Source of the DNA: Aureliella sp.
GTDB lineage: Bacteria; Planctomycetota; Planctomycetia; Pirellulales; Pirellulaceae
Length of the DNA stretch: 64,000 nt
NCBI GenBank assembly: GCA_963691875.1
Contig: OY829846.1
Location: 3,328,001-3,392,000, forward strand
Direction of reading: 5' to 3'
Positions 54,289 to 64,000 of the stretch are shown here, one piece after another; positions within the stretch are counted from its first letter, which is position 1, and each line of letters opens with the position of its first letter. The translations under genes and the position numbers were made by a program. The notes beneath the pieces are model-generated. The model had not been told where the DNA came from. It searched no databases and was given only the letters and a program-made list of their open reading frames with translations.

Positions 54289-54597
54289 GAGGTTCTCTTG
54301 AAATGCTCGATTGGGAAGGGCTTGGCACGCGTTTCGGGAAGCTGCCTTTGGGCCAGGGCTAACATCCAACCGGACAAAATTGCCCAGTTTCTATGATTTT
54401 GCTAGCCCAAACTGGCCGGTTCGACGAGGAATGATAAACGCTATCGATCATTCCGCGAAGCACGATTGCCGACTTGGCTCTTCAGTATTCCTTTGCGGAG
54501 CCTGAAAAATCTGAGCTTGCGACTTCTCGACGAAGTAGTACCATTATCGTTCAAATATAGTAACTGAGGAAAGTAAGACCGATCGCCGTAGGATCGT

Positions 54598-54700
54598 GCC
54601 GAGTAGCGGCCCCCCTGTTGTGAAGTGGTTTATCTCAGGATTAGCGACTGTTTGTCAATTGGCCTCAATGATCGAAGGAGGCTTTTTGAGGCTGCTTGGT
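54598..54700 (+). promoter_or_regulatory. Candidate S15 autoregulatory leader
   Basis: GCCGAGTAGC pairs with GCTGCTTGGT and encloses a GCCTCAA/TTGAGGC hairpin, upstream of rpsO. Confidence 0.4.
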
Positions 54701-54736
54701 TTAGGCAGAGCAAAGTACGAGTTTAAAGTACGAATA

Positions 54737-55006
54737 ATGACGACCACGAAAGAATTGAAGAAGCAGGCTATCTCGGAGTACAAGACTTCGGATAACGACA
54801 CGGGTTCATCAGCGGTTCAAATTGCGATTCTCACCAAGAGAATCAACCATCTTACCGAGCACATGCGTAGCAACAAAAAAGACTACGCCAGCCGTCGAGG
54901 ATTGCTGCGTATGGTCAGCAAGAGACGTGGTTTGCTGGACTATGTTCGCGCCAATGATCCACAAGGCTACTTGGATTTGATCGGTCGCCTCGGCATTCGT
55001 AAGTAA
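54737..55006 (+). CDS. rpsO: 30S ribosomal protein S15
   Basis: 89 aa; DTGSSAVQIAILT, HLTEH and SRRGLLRMVSKRRGLLDY motifs. Confidence 0.97.
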   Translation: MTTTKELKKQAISEYKTSDNDTGSSAVQIAILTKRINHLTEHMRSNKKDYASRRGLLRMVSKRRGLLDYVRANDPQGYLDLIGRLGIRK

Positions 55007-55346
55007 ACGAAGAACCGCTCTTGCAGTTCTGGTCGGCAGGCCAATCTCCTTTTGCGGCTGATCGGGCTTCGACTGCAGAGTCGTTCACCAACCGTTCGCT
55101 CTGCGCTAGTCTTCAAATATCGCCGCTCTTCCCGAGTTTAGCTGCTACGCTTTGTCCACGAGTGGTGCAAAGTGTCAGTGGCATCTTTTCTGTTGCTTGT
55201 TGCACTCTCTGTCGTCCGATTCCCCGTCGGAGTCCATTCTGCGGACGCACGATTTGAGAGCCGGCGTTCTGTCGCCCTTGGTTAGACGAGAACATGATAG
55301 GTTGTTGAATGCATTTTTGTTGTAATTGTTGGTATAGGAACTGCAA

Positions 55347-57743
55347 GTGAAAGTTCGAGTAGAAAAACAAATCGGTGCGCAAGTTATGTCCATGGAAACT
55401 GGACAGCTGGCCAAGCAAGCTGCGGGTAGCGTACTGGTGCAATATGGCGATACGGTTGTCTTTACTGCGACAGCATCTGGCCCATCCCGCCCAGGCACGG
55501 ATTTCTTCCCGTTGACCTGTGACTATCGAGAAAGAATGGCAGCCGCCGGAAAATTCCCAGGCGGTTTTTTAAAGCGCGAAGGTCGCCCGACGACAAAAGA
55601 AACGTTGACCAGCCGCTTGATGGACCGACCCATTCGTCCCTTGTTCCCGAAGGGATTCATCGACGAGGTCCAAGTGCAGAGCATGGTCGTCAGTAGCGAT
55701 TTGCAAAACGATGGCGACGTCTTGGCAATGAACGGTGCGGCAGCGGCCCTAAGCATCAGCCCTTTGCCATTCCAAGGTCCCATCGCTTCGGTTCGATTGG
55801 CCAAGGTTGACGGCGAACTGATCGCCTTCCCAACCAACGAGCAGCTTGAAGAGAGCGAGTTGGACTTGATCGTTTCCGGTAGCGAAAAGTCGATCTTGAT
55901 GATCGAAGGTTTCGCACAGGAGATGCCAGAGAATGACATGGCCGAAGCTGTCATGCATGCTCATACCGTTATCAAGGAAGTGATCTCGCTGATCAACGAG
56001 TTGGTCGAGAAGGTGCAGCCTGAGAAGGTAGAGTTTGTGCCTGAGCCCGACAACGGTTTACTAGGCCGTTTGAAAGACGCTGGCTTCGACACCAAGTATC
56101 GTGACGCCAAGCAAACCGAAGGCAAACAAGCTCGCGCTGAAGCCGTTAGTGCGCTGAAGGCAGAAGCCAAGGCTCACATCATTCCTGACCCAGAAGCGGA
56201 CAATGCGTTCAGCGACGACGAATTTGGCACCGCTTGGCACGACATGGAATATGATGTCATCCGCGAATTGATCCTCAGCGGGACCCGTGCAGACGGTCGT
56301 GACCACAGCAGCTTGCGTCACATCGAATGCGAGACTGACATTCTACCTCGCACCCATGGCTCTGCTGTCTTCCAGCGTGGTGAAACACAGGCACTAGTCA
56401 CCGTTGCACTTGGTACCAGCCGCGACGAACAACGTGTGGACGGGCTGATCGAAGAGTACAGCAAGAAGTTCATGCTGGACTACAACTTCCCGTCCTACTC
56501 TGTCGGCGAATGCCGCCCGATTCGTGGGCCAGGTCGTCGCGAAATCGGACACGGTGCATTGGCAGAGCGATCTGTTGCACCTTGTATCCCCGACGCTGAG
56601 GAGTTTCCATACACGATCCGCGTGATCAGTGACATTACGGAATCCAACGGGTCCTCCTCGATGGCTTCCGTTTGCGGCGCTACCCTTGGATTGATGGCCG
56701 CTGGCGTTCCCATGCTGAACCCGGTTGCTGGTATCAGCATTGGTGTCGTGAAGGAATCGGATGATCGCTGGGTTTTGCTCACCGACATTATTGGCGACGA
56801 AGATCACTTTGGTGACATGGACTTCAAGATTGCTGGTACTCCAGAAGGCATCACCGGGATTCAGCTTGACCTGAAGATCGACGGAATCAGCGAAGAGATC
56901 ATGCGAGCCACGCTCAAGCAAGCTCGTGAAGCAAGGATGGAAATCCTTCGCAAGATGATCACTGCGATTCCTCGGCCTCGCACCGAGACCAGCCGATACG
57001 CTCCACGATTGCTTCGCACCAAAATTGATGTCGACAAGATCGGCATGCTGATCGGTCCTGGTGGTAAGAACATTCGTGCCATCCAGGAAGAAACCGGCGC
57101 AACCATCGACGTGGAAGATGACGGAACGGTTGTGGTTGGTGGAACCAATGGCGACGCAGCCAAGGAAGCGATGGCTCGCGTTGAAGCTTGCACGGCAACC
57201 GCGCAGATCGGCAAGATCTACGATGGTATCGTTAGCAGCGTCCGTGACTTTGGTGCCTTCGTTGAAATCCTTCCAGGTCGCGATGGCTTGGTGCACATCA
57301 GCGAGCTATCTAGCGGATACGTTTCCAGCGTAGACGAGATCTGCAAGGTCGGCGATCCAATGCAAGTGATCGTTATCGACATCGATGATCAAGATCGCGT
57401 CAAGCTGAGCCGTCGCCAAGCTCTTGAGAAGCTCGGCATTGAAGACGAGTTTGCCAGCAATAACGACGATGATTTCGACGGTGAAGATGGTGATCGCGAG
57501 CCACGGGTAGAGCGATCACGTGATCGCGACGACCGAGGTGATCGTGGAGACCGAGGCGGACGAAATCGTGGTGGAGATCGTGGCGGACGCTACAGCGAAT
57601 CACGCGGCGGCGGCGGAGGAGGCCGTGGACGCGGACGTGGCGGTCGTGGTGGGGGCCGTGGCCGAGGTGACCGTGGCGGAGATCGAGACCGCGGTGGCGA
57701 TCGCGACCGTGGAGATCGCGGTGGTGACAGAGATCGTCGCTAA
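55347..57743 (+). CDS. pnp: Polyribonucleotide nucleotidyltransferase
   Basis: DFFPLTCDYRE, RREIGHGALA, ESNGSSSMASVC and GDMDFK motifs; KH and S1 domains; follows rpsO. Confidence 0.97.
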   Translation: MKVRVEKQIGAQVMSMETGQLAKQAAGSVLVQYGDTVVFTATASGPSRPGTDFFPLTCDYRERMAAAGKFPGGFLKREGRPTTKETLTSRLMDRPIRPLFPKGFIDEVQVQSMVVSSDLQNDGDVLAMNGAAAALSISPLPFQGPIASVRLAKVDGELIAFPTNEQLEESELDLIVSGSEKSILMIEGFAQEMPENDMAEAVMHAHTVIKEVISLINELVEKVQPEKVEFVPEPDNGLLGRLKDAGFDTKYRDAKQTEGKQARAEAVSALKAEAKAHIIPDPEADNAFSDDEFGTAWHDMEYDVIRELILSGTRADGRDHSSLRHIECETDILPRTHGSAVFQRGETQALVTVALGTSRDEQRVDGLIEEYSKKFMLDYNFPSYSVGECRPIRGPGRREIGHGALAERSVAPCIPDAEEFPYTIRVISDITESNGSSSMASVCGATLGLMAAGVPMLNPVAGISIGVVKESDDRWVLLTDIIGDEDHFGDMDFKIAGTPEGITGIQLDLKIDGISEEIMRATLKQAREARMEILRKMITAIPRPRTETSRYAPRLLRTKIDVDKIGMLIGPGGKNIRAIQEETGATIDVEDDGTVVVGGTNGDAAKEAMARVEACTATAQIGKIYDGIVSSVRDFGAFVEILPGRDGLVHISELSSGYVSSVDEICKVGDPMQVIVIDIDDQDRVKLSRRQALEKLGIEDEFASNNDDDFDGEDGDREPRVERSRDRDDRGDRGDRGGRNRGGDRGGRYSESRGGGGGGRGRGRGGRGGGRGRGDRGGDRDRGGDRDRGDRGGDRDRR

Positions 57744-57827
57744 TCCAGCAGCCGTCTTCGTTTAGCAACTAGCCTTGATGCCGAATTGATCCGGTCAGCA
57801 AATCTTTGTCTAGTCAGCAGAACACAG

Positions 57828-57870
57828 GGCCTTGCCGAGAGTCAAAGCACTCTTGGCGAGGCCTTTTTTT
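57828..57870 (+). terminator. Rho-independent terminator of rpsO-pnp
   Basis: GGCCTTGCCGAGAGT/ACTCTTGGCGAGGCC stem followed by T7. Confidence 0.85.
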
Positions 57871-58267
57871 ATTGCAGTCTTCCCCAGCTGAATGATTTGT
57901 AAAATGCCTACCAAAGCCAGACGCCACGAGGACCAGAAGTACTTTTTCATCGACGTCGACCTCAGCAACCGACAGATCATCGGCTCGGGTACGGAAACCA
58001 AGTAGAATATTGACTTACACCCGAGTCGTCACCATCGCATCTTTCTCTCCTGCGACCAGCAGAACAAGCTCGTCAACCAATTGGATGAGTATTCCCATTT
58101 TCTTCGAAGAGAACGAGATCACGGGCAACGGCATACGCCGACATGGTCCTGCTGAAGTACAGGTTTAGCCCCTCCGCCCAAGATGGAGTACAGGCTTAGT
58201 CTTTCTTCTTTCTGCGTATTTGCCGCAGCGATGGCTCAGAATTCAAAGAATTGGCTCATATCTGATA

Positions 58268-59125
58268 CTACGGCGCTCGCTTCCGAAGCGTCGGCCACCA
58301 GCACATGACGTCCTGCCGATACTGGCGATACGGTTCTCCGAAGCGGGTCAGCATATCACGTTCTTCGCATGGACGAACCGCAAAGTGCCAAACAGCCACG
58401 CCTAGAAGTGAATAGACCAGGACAGGCAAAGACCAGAAAGCGATTGCAATGGAGATGCCTTGTCCAATGCCTGCAATAGCCATGGGATTGCGAACAAATC
58501 GATAAGGCCCCGACACCACCAGTTTGTTGGTCTGATCCATTGGCAGAGGAGTCCCATCCCCGTCGCGAACCATGAAAACGGCGCTGGTAATACCCAGAGC
58601 GCTAAAAGATAAGAAGGAGAGCGAGCCCACAATCAACTTGGGACCAAACTCAGGTATAGCCAACGCGCCGAAGGCATCTAGCAAAACAGCTGGAATGACC
58701 GCCAACGATAGTATCCAGATGCATAGACTTTGAACAAAAGTTTTTGCTGCGTTCCAGGCTAGACTGGAAGACGAGCTTCGGAACAGATATTCGTGAAAGC
58801 ATAGGAAAATATTGTAGAACAATCCTAAGAGCATCAGACCGCTCGACAAGTAGCCACTGTTCGTCAAGATCGTTGCGTTGCAACAGTAGAGCGTGGCGTA
58901 ACCAAAAGCTCCGAGAATGAGATGTTGGATTAACGCATTGCGGAAGTAGGCGCGACCAACGGATAGCACGGCTATCAGCAGAACATCGGGGGCGAAGAAC
59001 GCCCAGAAGGCAGTAGGGGGAATGCCATCAAATTGAAATGCAGAAAAGAATGCAGGTGAACTCTCGAGCCCAAGCCACCAAAGACTCACCAGTGCAGCTT
59101 GCAGTAAATACGCAGTGCTTTTCAT
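58268..59125 (-). CDS. Isoprenylcysteine carboxylmethyltransferase/PEMT family membrane protein
   Basis: GDGTPLP, LVVSGPYRFVRNPM and EERDMLTRFGEPYRQYR motifs. Confidence 0.85.
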   Translation of the reverse strand: MKSTAYLLQAALVSLWWLGLESSPAFFSAFQFDGIPPTAFWAFFAPDVLLIAVLSVGRAYFRNALIQHLILGAFGYATLYCCNATILTNSGYLSSGLMLLGLFYNIFLCFHEYLFRSSSSSLAWNAAKTFVQSLCIWILSLAVIPAVLLDAFGALAIPEFGPKLIVGSLSFLSFSALGITSAVFMVRDGDGTPLPMDQTNKLVVSGPYRFVRNPMAIAGIGQGISIAIAFWSLPVLVYSLLGVAVWHFAVRPCEERDMLTRFGEPYRQYRQDVMCWWPTLRKRAP

Positions 59126-59362
59126 TGTTCTACTGAGACAGACTATTCATGCCGAAGTCGCGCAAGATTGAGTTGCCGGTCTTCCGCTGCAGGCAAGACT
59201 TTAACGGCGATCGACCGGCGGAGGAACCGTAGAGATCGAGAATTTCTTCACGCGGCGAGCATTTCTGGATGAATGCTTATCTATCTATGTCTACGCCGGT
59301 ACTGAGTCATTGGCAACAATCCTACGTTTCCCCTTAGATCCAGGGCGGACTAGAATAGTGGG

Positions 59363-61813
59363 ATGGAATCAAAAGCCCCCATATCATCACGCCTACCGAT
59401 GCTCAGCTTTCCAGTCTTTACGGCCTTTCTCATGGCCGTCTTGCCCAACAGCCTCTTCGCGCGGGAGGCCGAGGCTTCAATCAAGTTCGAGGAGCAATCT
59501 AAGCGTTTCCTGGCGAGATACTGTGTCGATTGTCACGGCGGAGATGATCCAGAACGTGGTCTAAACCTCGAAGTAATCGGGCACGACGTGTCGGACGCTG
59601 CAACTTCTCAGGCGTGGAATAAGATCTTCGCGCACGTTCAATTCGACGAAATGCCACCCGAGGACAGTGAGCAACCGACGGCGAAGGAAAAGTCCGTTTT
59701 CTTGTCGAAGGTCGAATCGGAGCTAATGCGCTTTGGGCAAGGCTTCGGTTTAGACAAAAAGATATTGCTGCCGCAATATGGCAACCATGTTGATCATAAA
59801 ACGCTTTTCGATGGCAGTGTGACCGAATTACCGTTTACGCCTTCGCGACTCTGGCGACAGCGGCCCATCATCTACGACGCGATATGGGGGAACGCTTACG
59901 GACGAGCTCCTTGGTACAGCGTCAAAATCGGCGGAACAGGAAATCACCTGATTACCCGCGGGCCACACAAAGGCAAGCGGATGGCGACTCGCTACTTCGC
60001 CGACCAAGAGTACGCGAATCCGTTTTTCGAGTTCGTGCATCATGCATCGGGCTTTACGGACTACGCGACCATCATCGCCGACCAATCTTCATTAGAAGCA
60101 TTGCTCGTCAACGCCGAGACCATGGCGCAGATTTTGACCGTGGGACAAAAGGTTCGCATCGTCACGCAAGTCAAAAACAAGGGCAGTAAGACAGGCAACA
60201 ACGAAGCGATGTTCGTAGGCGGCATCACGACCACTTCTAGTGAATACCGTGGACGGATCCCTGTCGCTTTTCAAAAGATCGTCAGGAGCGAAGAAGTCGT
60301 CTCGCGGCAGGATTTTGAAGTTGCTCTCGACGTTGCCTTCGCTCTCTTTCTTCGTCGCCCACCAAGCGAAGACGAATACGAGCGTTACTGGACAAACGTT
60401 TTCCAGCGGAACATGGAACTCGGTAACAAGATGGCCTTACAGGCCGTCCTGATTTACGTCACGCTTACACCGGAATTTGTCTACCGCATGGAGCTGGGAA
60501 TGGGTGAGACTGACAAGCATGGCCGCCGATTCCTCTCGCCACAAGAACTGACCTGTGCAATCCACTACGCCTTTAACAACAAACCTGCCTTTGGCGTAGA
60601 CGAAATTGAAACCGTCGACGTTTACACGAAAAATAGCGAAGCTCCGATCAAAAAGACGATGACAACTCCGCGGCCAGCTTGGGCGGCCGGACATAGTTCG
60701 CTGGTGGTGGAAATGAAGGCCGGCAAGTTGGAAACTCGCGACGACGTCGAACGCGTGGTTCGAAAGATTCTCGATACACGTCAGAACGGCTGGCAGACAA
60801 ACCACAATCGCAATTATCTAACCACGCCCAACCCTCGCATTCTGCAGTTCTTCAGAGAATTCTTCGGCTACTACAAAGCACACGAAGTTTTCAAAGATAC
60901 TGATGAGTTCGCGAAACGCGACGGCTTTAAGCAGTTCACCAGTGGCAGCGCCATGAAGCTGGAGTACGACACGGATAGCCTCATTCGGCATATCTTGCTA
61001 GAAGACAAAAATGTGCTTTACCAACTGTTGACGACGGACAAAGTTGTCACTTCGTATTGGAATGGCGCCAACAGTGCCGATCAGATCAAACGCGGTGGTG
61101 GGCGCGAGAAGTACCAGGAAACGCATCTCGTGCAGAGCTACAACCTCGATCCGTTTGAGATGGAGTACGACAAAGACAGGAGCGAGGATAAGCTCATTCG
61201 TCAGAACGGTAAGGTGTTCCGAGCTCCCGATGGTCAGCGCTGTGGAATTCTTACCCAGCCCAGTTGGCTGATCGCGCACAGTGGGAATTTCGATAACGAT
61301 CCTGTACGACGCGGCAAATGGATTCGCGAGAAGCTCTTGGCTGGCGTAGTGATGGATGTACCGATCAATGTCGATGCGCAGATTCCTGAAGACGAACATC
61401 AGACTTTACGAGAACGTTTTAGCGTCGTGCACAAAGATAAATGTTGGCGATGCCATAAGAAAATGAACCCGCTGGGCATGCCCTTCGAAGCCTTCAATCA
61501 TGTTGGTCGTTGGCGAGACATGGAGAAAGACAAACCAGTCAATACGACAGGTACAATCACTTACACCGGCGAACAGTCAATGGAAGGCGATGTTGAGGAC
61601 GTGCGTGACATGATGGAACGACTTGCGAAGTCGGATCTCGTGCGACAGAGTTTCATTCGCCATGTCTTCCGCTACTGGATGGGACGCAATGAGATGCTGA
61701 GTGATTCCAAGACCTTGATCGCGATGGATAAGGCCTACGTTGAAAGTGAAGGCAGCTTTAAAGAGTTGCTCGTGGCACTGCTGACATCGGATTCTTTTTT
61801 GTATCGAAAGTAG
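59363..61813 (+). CDS. DUF1588-family planctomycete cytochrome c protein
   Basis: CVDCH, GILTQPSWL, DPVRRGKWIREKLL, CWRCH and LLTSDSFLYRK motifs. Confidence 0.88.
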   Translation: MESKAPISSRLPMLSFPVFTAFLMAVLPNSLFAREAEASIKFEEQSKRFLARYCVDCHGGDDPERGLNLEVIGHDVSDAATSQAWNKIFAHVQFDEMPPEDSEQPTAKEKSVFLSKVESELMRFGQGFGLDKKILLPQYGNHVDHKTLFDGSVTELPFTPSRLWRQRPIIYDAIWGNAYGRAPWYSVKIGGTGNHLITRGPHKGKRMATRYFADQEYANPFFEFVHHASGFTDYATIIADQSSLEALLVNAETMAQILTVGQKVRIVTQVKNKGSKTGNNEAMFVGGITTTSSEYRGRIPVAFQKIVRSEEVVSRQDFEVALDVAFALFLRRPPSEDEYERYWTNVFQRNMELGNKMALQAVLIYVTLTPEFVYRMELGMGETDKHGRRFLSPQELTCAIHYAFNNKPAFGVDEIETVDVYTKNSEAPIKKTMTTPRPAWAAGHSSLVVEMKAGKLETRDDVERVVRKILDTRQNGWQTNHNRNYLTTPNPRILQFFREFFGYYKAHEVFKDTDEFAKRDGFKQFTSGSAMKLEYDTDSLIRHILLEDKNVLYQLLTTDKVVTSYWNGANSADQIKRGGGREKYQETHLVQSYNLDPFEMEYDKDRSEDKLIRQNGKVFRAPDGQRCGILTQPSWLIAHSGNFDNDPVRRGKWIREKLLAGVVMDVPINVDAQIPEDEHQTLRERFSVVHKDKCWRCHKKMNPLGMPFEAFNHVGRWRDMEKDKPVNTTGTITYTGEQSMEGDVEDVRDMMERLAKSDLVRQSFIRHVFRYWMGRNEMLSDSKTLIAMDKAYVESEGSFKELLVALLTSDSFLYRK

Positions 61814-61822
61814 GGTTTATCA

Positions 61823-61886
61823 CAACCCGAAGCGTAAGTGAGGCGCATGCCTTATGACCTCGCTCACTTGCACACGTGTCGGGTTG
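61823..61886. repeat. REP-like inverted repeat between the DUF1588 and DUF1552 genes
   Basis: CAACCCGA...GTGAGG pairs with CCTCGC...TCGGGTTG. Confidence 0.6.
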
Positions 61887-61936
61887 AGAAAAGAAATCGA
61901 CAGCGGTCTTACCTGACCGACAAGGACACAATTAAC

Positions 61937-63289
61937 ATGAAACAAATCAACCGTCGATCGATATTGAAGGGTGTGACGCTTGGTAGTGGTGCAGTAGCAC
62001 TTTCACCTTTCCTGCGGCACCTGGAAGCATCAGACAAGCAGGTGCTGCCCAAACGATTCGTTTTCGTCGTAAAGAGTAGTGGCCTTCAAGGCGACTACCT
62101 AAACCCGGAGGGCCTGGAGCATCGAGGCGAGAATCTCGTCGACGAAACACTCCAAGGACGACAGCTCTCTGAAAGCATGCGGTCGCTTGAGCCCTTCAAA
62201 GACAAGTTGACGATCATCCAGGGGCTTAGTGGCAAGATGACCAACTCTGGTCACAGCGCCTTTTACGGTGCACTTGGCGGCTACAAAGCCTCGGCCCATG
62301 CGCCGCCATTGTTTGCGACCATCGATGGACACCTCTCCGAAAAGCTGCCATCCGTTTTCAATCATGTGGGCTTCAAGATGGGAGAAGGGAGCCAAGGCGT
62401 TACCTTTCCAGCTATCTCCGCGAAAGGCAAAGGCCAACAACTTCCTTTTCAGCAAAACCCAATGGCGGCGTTCGAGAACCTATTCGGCAGCATCCTTGAA
62501 GGTGGCGATCTCAAAAACAAGTACATGCGTACCGGCAATGTCCTCGACGCCATGTCAGAGGACATCAAAAAACTGCAGCAAAATTTGCCTTCCGCCGAGC
62601 AAGAGAAATTGGGGCATTACCTAGATGGTTTTGAAGCTCTGCGCGACAGACGGGTGAAGTTGGTTTCAATGCAGAAAGTGCTCAAGGAAAACGCTCCCGA
62701 CCTCGACGATAAGTACACCTCGCGATTCACTACGCATCACTTGGAAGCTCACTTCGACATGGCTAGCGCCGCATTGATTTCGGGGTTGACCAACGTCATA
62801 ACGGTTCACGCCGATGGCCTGGATTCGGTTTACTCAGGAATTGGGATCGGCAACAACGTTCATGCGATCGGTCACGGAGCTGGCTACGCGACACTTTCGG
62901 CCCAAGATTGCCGCAATGCAATTCGGACTTTCCATATCGAATTGATCGCCGAGATGGCAAAGAAACTGGATGCCATTCCTGAAGGCGACGGAACGATCCT
63001 CGACAATACAATCATCGTCTACACGAGCGATAACGCGGCTCAGCACCACTCGCGAGGTTTCGACTGGCCGATGCTGGTGCTTGGCAATATAGATGGAAAG
63101 CTTAGATCAAATGGACGCTACTTGGCTTATCCTCAGTATGGTCGCGCAGGGCATAAGCACACAATCTGTAATTGGTTCACCACATTGTGTCATCTTGCCA
63201 GCGTTCCACAGGACTTGTTCGGTCAACCCGATATGGCTCTCGGGAAAGCTGAAGACCAAATGGGCCCTCTGAGTGAGTTGCTGGCGTGA
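61937..63289 (+). CDS. DUF1552 domain protein
   Basis: NRRSILKG, VHAIGHG, IPEGDGTILDNT and QHHS motifs; AAGGA RBS before ATG 61937. Confidence 0.85.
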   Translation: MKQINRRSILKGVTLGSGAVALSPFLRHLEASDKQVLPKRFVFVVKSSGLQGDYLNPEGLEHRGENLVDETLQGRQLSESMRSLEPFKDKLTIIQGLSGKMTNSGHSAFYGALGGYKASAHAPPLFATIDGHLSEKLPSVFNHVGFKMGEGSQGVTFPAISAKGKGQQLPFQQNPMAAFENLFGSILEGGDLKNKYMRTGNVLDAMSEDIKKLQQNLPSAEQEKLGHYLDGFEALRDRRVKLVSMQKVLKENAPDLDDKYTSRFTTHHLEAHFDMASAALISGLTNVITVHADGLDSVYSGIGIGNNVHAIGHGAGYATLSAQDCRNAIRTFHIELIAEMAKKLDAIPEGDGTILDNTIIVYTSDNAAQHHSRGFDWPMLVLGNIDGKLRSNGRYLAYPQYGRAGHKHTICNWFTTLCHLASVPQDLFGQPDMALGKAEDQMGPLSELLA

Positions 63290-64000
63290 CAATTCTCAAC
63301 AAATACTCCGTCGCTCAATCCCTTACGCTTCTCTGCCTTGCGGGGAGCGTTTGGGCTGAAGACTCCAAGGTAAAGAAACCTTTGAGCCTCGAAGCTGCTC
63401 AACTAATTCTGGACAGTAGAGGAACGGAAGTTACAGATAGCGAACTAGCACGACTATGCAGTGCTGAGGGTTTGGTAGAGCTTGACCTGTCCGGTTGCAA
63501 CCTGTTAACCGACCGCGGTTTGGCTGAAGTAGCGAAACTGGATCAGTTGAAGTCGCTCAGTCTTGCTGGCTGCCACCGAATCACTATCGATGGAATACGG
63601 CCCCTGTCAGGACTTACAAAACTGGAAACATTGGACATCAGTTCGATTCGAGTTTCGCTGCCAGCTATTTATGCGGAACTCGCGAAACTTCCCTCTCTTA
63701 GAAAACTAGAAGCCAGAAACATTCGCGGATTCACTAGCAAGGGTCTAGACGCTCTGACGCACCTCGAGCATCTGGATATCTCGAACTCCGCAGCCGGAGT
63801 CAAAGATGCCGACATGAAGCCCTTGGCAAGGTTGACTTCGCTTACCTACCTGAACCTGAACGGAAGTCGGCAATGGAAGGCGAACAAGTTTCTCACTGAC
63901 AAAGGCTTGAAACATCTGGAAAGCCTTCAGTCGCTCGAGTTTCTCGGTTTATTTGGCCACTATACACTCACGGCCAAAGGCTATAACCCTCTCTTCAGAA
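63286..64000 (+). CDS. Secreted leucine-rich repeat protein (runs off the window; not in the ORF track)
   Basis: GTG overlaps the upstream TGA; signal peptide, then LVELDLSGCNLLTDRGL, LKSLSLAGCHRIT and LETLDIS repeats. Confidence 0.85.
   Translation, partial: MTILNKYSVAQSLTLLCLAGSVWAEDSKVKKPLSLEAAQLILDSRGTEVTDSELARLCSAEGLVELDLSGCNLLTDRGLAEVAKLDQLKSLSLAGCHRITIDGIRPLSGLTKLETLDISSIRVSLPAIYAELAKLPSLRKLEARNIRGFTSKGLDALTHLEHLDISNSAAGVKDADMKPLARLTSLTYLNLNGSRQWKANKFLTDKGLKHLESLQSLEFLGLFGHYTLTAKGYNPLFR

Noticed and set aside
54596..54736. N-terminal extension of S15 in the ORF track
   Set aside because: The canonical 89 aa S15 starts at ATG 54737; the upstream sequence looks like a leader.
56394..57296. 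Long antisense ORFs (also 25053..25838, 36296..37117 and 51467..52108)
   Set aside because: They are shadows of well-supported genes on the opposite strand, as expected from codon bias.
18415..58005. Several in-frame TAG codons (18415, 23854, 48567, 58003) as stop-codon recoding
   Set aside because: Most of these loci also have frameshifts or deletions, intact genes end in TAG, and no suppressor tRNA or pyl genes are visible.

Overview
This 64 kb window is from a planctomycete-like (probably Pirellulaceae) chromosome, judged from DUF1559, DUF1552/DUF1592, PVC-type heme-protein and sulfatase content. Core genes: proB, purF, zwf, gnd, lpdA, a dus gene, rpsO-pnp, ate, a gpgS/gpgP-like pair and tRNA-Cys(GCA). 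A roughly 16 kb sulfatase/cytochrome-rich accessory block follows tRNA-Cys and is partly decayed. Main observations: (1) a 39-codon remnant resembling a propeptide-type purF N-terminus (MSELHHECG...) overlaps the start of an intact E. coli-type purF, suggesting in situ gene replacement; (2) a 167 nt structured RNA candidate lies upstream of ate; (3) three intact ORFs have lost their catalytic residues (ketosynthase, DNase I-like, sulfatase); (4) two DUF1552/DUF1592-type modules are each coupled to a different non-catalytic third gene; (5) many gene remnants, several missed or fragmented by the ORF track, point to ongoing deletion. All family assignments come from reading motifs by eye; no database searches were run.
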